The notes under the pieces were generated by a model. That model was not told the DNA's origin and ran no database searches. It saw nothing but the letters and a program-made list of their open reading frames with translations. Below, piece after piece: positions 37,871-43,296 of a DNA stretch of 43,296 nt (the first letter of the stretch is position 1; each line of letters begins with the position of its first letter). Where the stretch lies: contig CAWVRN010000033.1 of NCBI GenBank assembly GCA_963932905.1, positions 1 to 43,296 of the forward strand, written 5' to 3'. Made by a program: the position numbers and the translations under genes. The DNA is from an uncultured Bdellovibrio sp. (lineage in GTDB: Bacteria > Bdellovibrionota > Bdellovibrionia > Bdellovibrionales > Bdellovibrionaceae).

Positions 37871-38201
37871 CTTTGGAACGACTCAGCGAAATATCGTTCG
37901 TTATAATACTGACGGAGCAGTAGATACGTCGTTTGCGGCCGGTCGTGGTATTGAAGCTATTGTTACAAATTATGATCCTTCTGTTGCTAGCATGCTGGAA
38001 CTAGCTTCCGGAAAAATTCTTTTACTTAACGATGTAGCTTCTAGTTACAAGTACGATGGCCATGCCATGGGCCATCGCGTGAATCGCATCAATAGTGATG
38101 GTAGCTACGATTCATCCTACGTGTTTTATGATCAAAAGCTAAATTGCCATACTACGGTGCTCGCACCCGACGGTGGATTCTATGGCTTTTTTAATCCTTA
38201 G
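37870..38201 (+). pseudogene. Delta-60 repeat (beta-propeller) gene fragment
   Basis: IVRYNTDGAVDTSF, SGKILL and RINSDGSYDSSY repeats. No signal peptide; the N-terminus is fused to repeat copy 3. Confidence 0.65.
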
Positions 38202-38240
38202 GTGAATCTTGGTAAAAACTCGACTATACAAGCAACGTGA

Positions 38241-38316
38241 GCCTATCTAGTCAGGGAATATCAAGTCCAATAATAGTCACCCCCGCAAACGTGCAGCGGT
38301 GACTATCTGGATAGGC
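38241..38316. terminator. Nested stem-loop between convergent genes
   Basis: GCCTATCTAG/CTGGATAGGC outer stem and ATAGTCACC/GGTGACTAT inner stem. Confidence 0.45.
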
Positions 38317-38317
38317 A

Positions 38318-38689
38318 TTAGCCGCAAGAACCATTGTAAATAGTTTGACGAAGAATTGTATCCATTTCAGACACAGCCGTGTCATAGTCATCAGAATATG
38401 CTTTCGACGCCCGTGTGTTATTGATTTTTATAAAATATCCTTTCTTATCCGAATCCAGAGAAATTTGCTCTAGTACAACTCGACAGGAGCCTACGCCAGC
38501 AAGAGCTTCAGCAAACACAAGTTTCTTATCGATATTTATATATCTCACTCGATCAACCGCAATAGGTGCGCCTCCGCAAGAAACAGGAACTCCGTTGAGA
38601 GTTATTGAATCTCCCACTTTTAACTCAATTTGTGCACTAGAACTTAGGCTCATTAACAGAAACAGCGGAACAATTGTTTTTTTTAACAT
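38318..38689 (-). CDS. Hypothetical secreted protein
   Basis: AAGGAG RBS; signal peptide. Confidence 0.75.
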   Translation of the reverse strand: MLKKTIVPLFLLMSLSSSAQIELKVGDSITLNGVPVSCGGAPIAVDRVRYINIDKKLVFAEALAGVGSCRVVLEQISLDSDKKGYFIKINNTRASKAYSDDYDTAVSEMDTILRQTIYNGSCG

Positions 38690-38862
38690 AGGTTCTCCTT
38701 AGGTTTTTTGGATGTAGTGGGATTAATCTCCCAGTTTTCTGCATAATTTTTTCCACAATCTTAAAAAAAGTAAAACTCACCTCAGACTCTACACAACGTC
38801 TACGTTAAGAAGACTGTTGTGTTTTAACTTCAGGTGAAAATGGAGTTAGGCGAAAGCTAAAA

Positions 38863-40044
38863 TCATGATCCAAGCTCGGCAAGCATCCATTGAATACCTT
38901 CGCGAATCCCAATTATAATTTGTTCTCGGTCGTTGACTCCCTGAGATTCCATGGTCTCTTTAAAAAAATAATTTATCATGTTTATGGGGTCCACCATGGC
39001 TCTATCTGCCGTCATATAAATTAAATCATCACTTAATTGAGACAGGCGAATAAGTTCAGTTTTTAAATCGTGCTCAGTCATCCTCAATGATCGTTCATGA
39101 TAAATGAAAAACCAAATTGAATTTACAGCACTTGTAAGGCGTGAATTAGACTTCGCTTCTAGTGAAGCAAAAATCCTGTTTCGCAACTCAATATTTTTAG
39201 GGGTCCAAAAAACAATATCTTTCTTTTGATCTCTTGTTAATTCAAAGGCCGGAAACCTTTGAAAGGTGTAGTCCTCATTGAAGCCTAAGTGTGAATATCC
39301 GCGGAGAATACTGTCTCCAAACAAATTTAACGAAGCGAGTGCATGATTCATGTCGTGAATATAGAAATTCATCGGCTTCATTCGCGTTAAATCAACGTAC
39401 ATTTTTTGGTTGGTTAGACCGATATAAAAAATAGGCTCCCCAGAATTGTTATTGAATTCGCGAACACCAAGTATTCGTGGAGTAAAAATATAAATTAGGT
39501 GAGGGTAATTAGAAGCCAAGATGTCAGCTATTTTTTTTGCTATCTTTCTAGAGCGTTCAAAATTAATAGACATTTTGGTAACGATATCATCGGTTATTAA
39601 CATATATAAGGAACTAAGCTCAACATACTCGTGATAGGTAATGCCGTTCCTATTAGCAAGAGCTTCCTCTTGAAGAGCTTTCCAAGCTAAAAGTGCATTG
39701 CGATGAATTATAGATTTTTCAGAATAAATACTTTCCCGGTAGATTTTGTCGAGGTCTTCAATCAATCTAGAGAACGGATTTTGAGAAGAATCCTCCAAGT
39801 TTAAATCTCGATCAATTATACGGGAGATTTTTTTTTCTACATTTTCACTTTTGAAAGTGACAGATCCCGCATGTGAGTAAAAAGAAAGACACACAGATTG
39901 TTCTGAGGCAGACGCCAATAAAGGAAAGCCAAACGCAAGTATAAAAAGAACCCCAAATTTTAAGTTACCACGAACGAAATTACTTTTTTGGGGAATAGAG
40001 AAAACAAATTTTTTTGTTTTGTCGCCTTTTTGCATTTGTATCAA
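38863..40044 (-). CDS. Hypothetical secreted protein
   Basis: Long ORF; signal-like segment; HDMNH motif of unknown role. Start uncertain. Confidence 0.7.
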   Translation of the reverse strand: MIQMQKGDKTKKFVFSIPQKSNFVRGNLKFGVLFILAFGFPLLASASEQSVCLSFYSHAGSVTFKSENVEKKISRIIDRDLNLEDSSQNPFSRLIEDLDKIYRESIYSEKSIIHRNALLAWKALQEEALANRNGITYHEYVELSSLYMLITDDIVTKMSINFERSRKIAKKIADILASNYPHLIYIFTPRILGVREFNNNSGEPIFYIGLTNQKMYVDLTRMKPMNFYIHDMNHALASLNLFGDSILRGYSHLGFNEDYTFQRFPAFELTRDQKKDIVFWTPKNIELRNRIFASLEAKSNSRLTSAVNSIWFFIYHERSLRMTEHDLKTELIRLSQLSDDLIYMTADRAMVDPINMINYFFKETMESQGVNDREQIIIGIREGIQWMLAELGS

Positions 40045-40255
40045 TTCCGTTGGGATGAAGATTATATCTTTGATTCGTTAAAACGGTCCTTTTGAATTTA
40101 AAGACTGCGATAATCACACCAAGGCGTAATACGTATTACCTTTATTTGAAGTCAAACTCGATGTCAGGAATGTATACAAGTTGCCCAAAAATAGAATAGA
40201 AACCTAGCTCTGTATGTTGTTAGTTACCAAAAGGTTTTGAGTTCAACTTGTTTCC

Positions 40256-40293
40256 ATCCCTAAGCTACGGCGTAGCTTAGGGATTCTTGTTTT
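40256..40293. terminator. Intrinsic terminator-like hairpin
   Basis: Perfect 13-bp stem ATCCCTAAGCTAC/GTAGCTTAGGGAT with a T-rich flank, next to the glycoside hydrolase stop codon. Confidence 0.7.
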
Positions 40294-42926
40294 TACTGTT
40301 TAATTTCGATGATCAAAGGCTTGGCCCCAATTCTAAACTTATATTTGTTTACATTGGCTAAACTGTGAGCCTCTTTATCCGAATCGACCGGACTAAAAAC
40401 CTTTAGAGTTTTAGCTATCTTGCCCAGATCCAGGGTGATTTCCTTTTCAATGTTAAGATCCTGCCGACCGTCCCAAACTTTTTCTTCATTCCAGATAACA
40501 AGATAATAATTACCGTTGGTTTTTTGCAGCAACATTGAATAGATTTTATCCGGCAACTTACCCAAACTGTATCTCAAAGATCTGGGCTGAAATGTAGACT
40601 GCACGCCAGTATCTTTTAAAATCGTTGTTAAGTTATGAATGGCAACAGCAGCGGGTTTAGCCGTATCATCTTTTCTGTATAGACCAAAACTTTCATGGTC
40701 ATCGCTCATCGTATACAGGAACGTTTTGTGAATTCCCGCTTGAAAGGCATCAAAAAAGATATTTAAATTCATAATCGCCTGTGCCGTTTCACTCACCCCA
40801 TTTTTATTGGACAAATCCGTGGTGTAACCCGTTTCTGTAATAACCGTTTTACTGGGAGTCGCACTGAAATAGGCCCCCGATAGATTTCCTAACATTTCGG
40901 CTCGAGGTTGATTTCCAGACGTTGGATACGGATGAATATTGGCATAGTCCGCCTGACCTTTTAAAGTCAGCAACCCATATTTAGCGGCATTTACAGCCAT
41001 ATAGCCACTTGTTAAATGAAATACCGGTAAATGTTTTAAAATAGAACTATTTTTGACTCCCTGATACATTTGAGTCATCAGACATTGGGCCGCGGGTCCC
41101 CCATTAAAAGTCGGAAGTCTGATTTTTATAGGCTGTCCACTCGAGTCTACCAACAGATCGCCTTTCGCATCTTTTTGAAAAACAAAATTGCCTTCCGTGT
41201 CTTTTTGAAAAATGTCATAAGAAAGACCGTCACAAGATACTGGAAAATTATTGATTTCATTCGGTCCTTCGATAGCAACCACTCCGCCTGGTTTTAACTT
41301 TACAATAGTTTCCAAATTTTTGACTATGGCGGCAGCGCTCGCATTGTTATGGATCAGGCTTATTTTAATTCCCGCATCCATTACGGTTTTGAGCTGACTT
41401 GAATAAAGTGGATCTGCATGTTCACGAATTGTTGATATACCTAAATAATTAAGCTGTCCAAGAAGAATGGTTGTATTACGATCGGTTCCCTGATCGATAT
41501 GTGTCCCGATACCCATAGTATTTATAAATGATTGTGTTGACGAGGCTTGAGCCTGATTTACTTTAGCAAGTCCATCCATCAACATGGTCGGTGTCGGCGT
41601 ACCTCCTGTTTCAAAACTGACTTTATAATATCTGTCTCGTATTGTTATGTAGGATTCTTTCGGTGACAGCGTTAATGCTGATCCGTTTCTACCACCTGTA
41701 TTACTGAACCAAACAGGTTTTCCATTTGATCCATATAGAATTAAATGACCATCACCTTGAAACAATAAATAACATTTTGTAGGCGTACACGTCGTGTCGT
41801 CTGTATTTGTGTGCCAAAGCACGACTTTATCTTGAGTTCTGAAAACTTGAAGGTCACCTGCGTGAGTTACCCTCAATGCGACACCAATGGATCCATCGGT
41901 GGCTTCCCCCGCCCGAATAGTTAACGAACCAGCCGGAAAAACTTGAACAGTCTCTGGCCCCGGAAGTGGACGAGTTGAAGCAAAATGTCGATTGTTCCTC
42001 CATATAAAACGTCGGCGGTACTCTGTGTTTTCGCCATATAAAAAACTACTTAAGAGCGAAAACCGAGTTTTCCTTCCTGAGTCAATTTCACGTGTCCATG
42101 CTTCTATGCTGCCTGGATCTGGGGAGCGATTATAAATATCTTCATACAAGGATTTTACGAATCCTTGAGTCGTACTCACGTCTGGTCTTTTTCTTCTGTA
42201 TTCGTCACTATTTATGGCATCAAAGGCAACTTGAGCGTGCTTTTGCCAGCGACAAAGAAAGAGTTTTTTACCACTGGTACCTTTGCACGTGTTTGCCACA
42301 TGCACGTCGATGGCCGCTATTTTCGGGTTAACGCCAATCACATCTTGGCTCGGGTTTCTTTTAAAAAGGTCTCGGTAGAGTTGCTCGACAAAAAAACGAG
42401 AACCATCAATAGCCGAATTACCTTCCGTACATGAAAAACGATTGCGATAGTGTTCGCCGCTTAAGAAACCGTAAATAAAATCCGCTCTTGAAAGACCAGT
42501 GTTAAGTCGATGAGTCCAAAAGTCATGGCCCTCAGAATCCGGATCACGTCGAAAAAGTTTACGGTAAACGACTAAAACAAAATCTCTGTTTGATGCTAGA
42601 TTAAGCTTTGATTGCCTGCTAATAAATTCAGGGCTTTTCATAAACCCTTCGACTGTGCTGGCATAGATATGTAAACGGCACGTTTCTAAGGCGTCACCAC
42701 CGAGGTTTCTACATTGTGAAGCAATTTGATCCTTAAGGTTTTTTAGGTTCGTATCAACTCCGCTGTCGCCATCCAATGTTGCGCGATCTAAAACATCCGT
42801 ATACAGCTGATATATGAATCTTTCCGGCTGATCAATTTCACTCTGTCCTGAACAGACCGTAGCGGCGTAGCCAAAACTCGTTCCTAATAAAATAGTCGCA
42901 AGTGATACATACTGAAACAACCTCAT
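40293..42926 (-). CDS. Secreted DUF4214-repeat / bulb-type lectin / clan GH-A glycoside hydrolase
   Basis: Signal peptide from ATG 42926; four FV..LY...F.R.PD..G...W-type repeats; FQGDGHLILY...PVWFSNT (B-lectin); EGPNE acid/base and ITETG nucleophile motifs. Confidence 0.85.
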   Translation of the reverse strand: MRLFQYVSLATILLGTSFGYAATVCSGQSEIDQPERFIYQLYTDVLDRATLDGDSGVDTNLKNLKDQIASQCRNLGGDALETCRLHIYASTVEGFMKSPEFISRQSKLNLASNRDFVLVVYRKLFRRDPDSEGHDFWTHRLNTGLSRADFIYGFLSGEHYRNRFSCTEGNSAIDGSRFFVEQLYRDLFKRNPSQDVIGVNPKIAAIDVHVANTCKGTSGKKLFLCRWQKHAQVAFDAINSDEYRRKRPDVSTTQGFVKSLYEDIYNRSPDPGSIEAWTREIDSGRKTRFSLLSSFLYGENTEYRRRFIWRNNRHFASTRPLPGPETVQVFPAGSLTIRAGEATDGSIGVALRVTHAGDLQVFRTQDKVVLWHTNTDDTTCTPTKCYLLFQGDGHLILYGSNGKPVWFSNTGGRNGSALTLSPKESYITIRDRYYKVSFETGGTPTPTMLMDGLAKVNQAQASSTQSFINTMGIGTHIDQGTDRNTTILLGQLNYLGISTIREHADPLYSSQLKTVMDAGIKISLIHNNASAAAIVKNLETIVKLKPGGVVAIEGPNEINNFPVSCDGLSYDIFQKDTEGNFVFQKDAKGDLLVDSSGQPIKIRLPTFNGGPAAQCLMTQMYQGVKNSSILKHLPVFHLTSGYMAVNAAKYGLLTLKGQADYANIHPYPTSGNQPRAEMLGNLSGAYFSATPSKTVITETGYTTDLSNKNGVSETAQAIMNLNIFFDAFQAGIHKTFLYTMSDDHESFGLYRKDDTAKPAAVAIHNLTTILKDTGVQSTFQPRSLRYSLGKLPDKIYSMLLQKTNGNYYLVIWNEEKVWDGRQDLNIEKEITLDLGKIAKTLKVFSPVDSDKEAHSLANVNKYKFRIGAKPLIIEIKQ

Positions 42927-43178
42927 ATATTTCCCCCCGGAAACCCTGAACAAAAGACTTACATGCAAAGTGGGTGCTGGATAAAAAATTTAGGCAACAC
43001 CCTAGAATACCTAGGCGTGAGCATTTATGAGACTGTCGAACTTTTTGAATTTGTATCTTTCCTGCGCGATAGTCAAATTGATCGACGCTATGGTTTTGGG
43101 ACATTTTTTAAAATGCCGAAACACATTTTATCCATTTTTCGATGGGAAAGATTCACAGTTGTGAGCTTTTTATAGGCG

Positions 43179-43296
43179 TTAAATTACCGGTCCCTTTGCT
43201 GTTGGATTGTCAATCGCTGCCCGTGTGGAATGATCGTCACTGGTTCTATTGCAATTTAGTGCAAGTGTTTGAACTCTGGTGAGGGAATGAACCGGG
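43179..43296 (-). CDS. Possible 3' end of a gene entering from the right edge
   Basis: Open minus-strand frame ...TRAAIDNPTAKGPVI* with no recognisable motif. Confidence 0.3.
   Translation of the reverse strand, partial: PVHSLTRVQTLALNCNRTSDDHSTRAAIDNPTAKGPVI

Noticed and set aside
42964..42979. Sigma54-like box upstream of the glycoside hydrolase (CAGCACCCACTTTGCA on the minus strand)
   Set aside because: The invariant -24 GG is broken (AG).
1..43296. Prophage, tRNA or rRNA
   Set aside because: Many XRE genes but no terminase, capsid, tail or replication genes. No cloverleaf or rRNA-like sequence was seen by eye.

Overview
AT-rich bacterial accessory island; gene style suggests Bdellovibrionota, but this is inference only. 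From left to right: (1) a sigma54-dependent response regulator truncated at the left edge, with a sigma54-type promoter upstream; (2) a GNAT/LuxI-like acyltransferase and heme-oxygenase-like diiron enzyme pair, divergent from an XRE-HTH, HTH, PAS-domain operon, followed by another XRE and a pseudo-receiver (candidate small-molecule signalling system); (3) a 2723-aa secreted teneurin-like Rhs toxin (Ig-like, ZU5-like/HFS, NHL, YD shell, Rhs core, hydrophobic tip), then two paralogous lipoproteins, an orphan Rhs core with a different tip and a long lipoprotein array (putative polyimmunity); (4) a defence-like segment with two PD-(D/E)XK nucleases, HTH regulators and an IetAS ATPase/S8 protease pair; (5) three direct-repeat copies of a recombinase-tail/58-aa-ORF unit whose homology ends at the same TTAAAAA junction and which bracket different cargo, plus a 5'-truncated IS3; (6) beta-helix proteins, hypotheticals and a DUF4214/B-lectin/clan GH-A glycoside hydrolase. 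No rRNA, tRNA or CRISPR array was seen.
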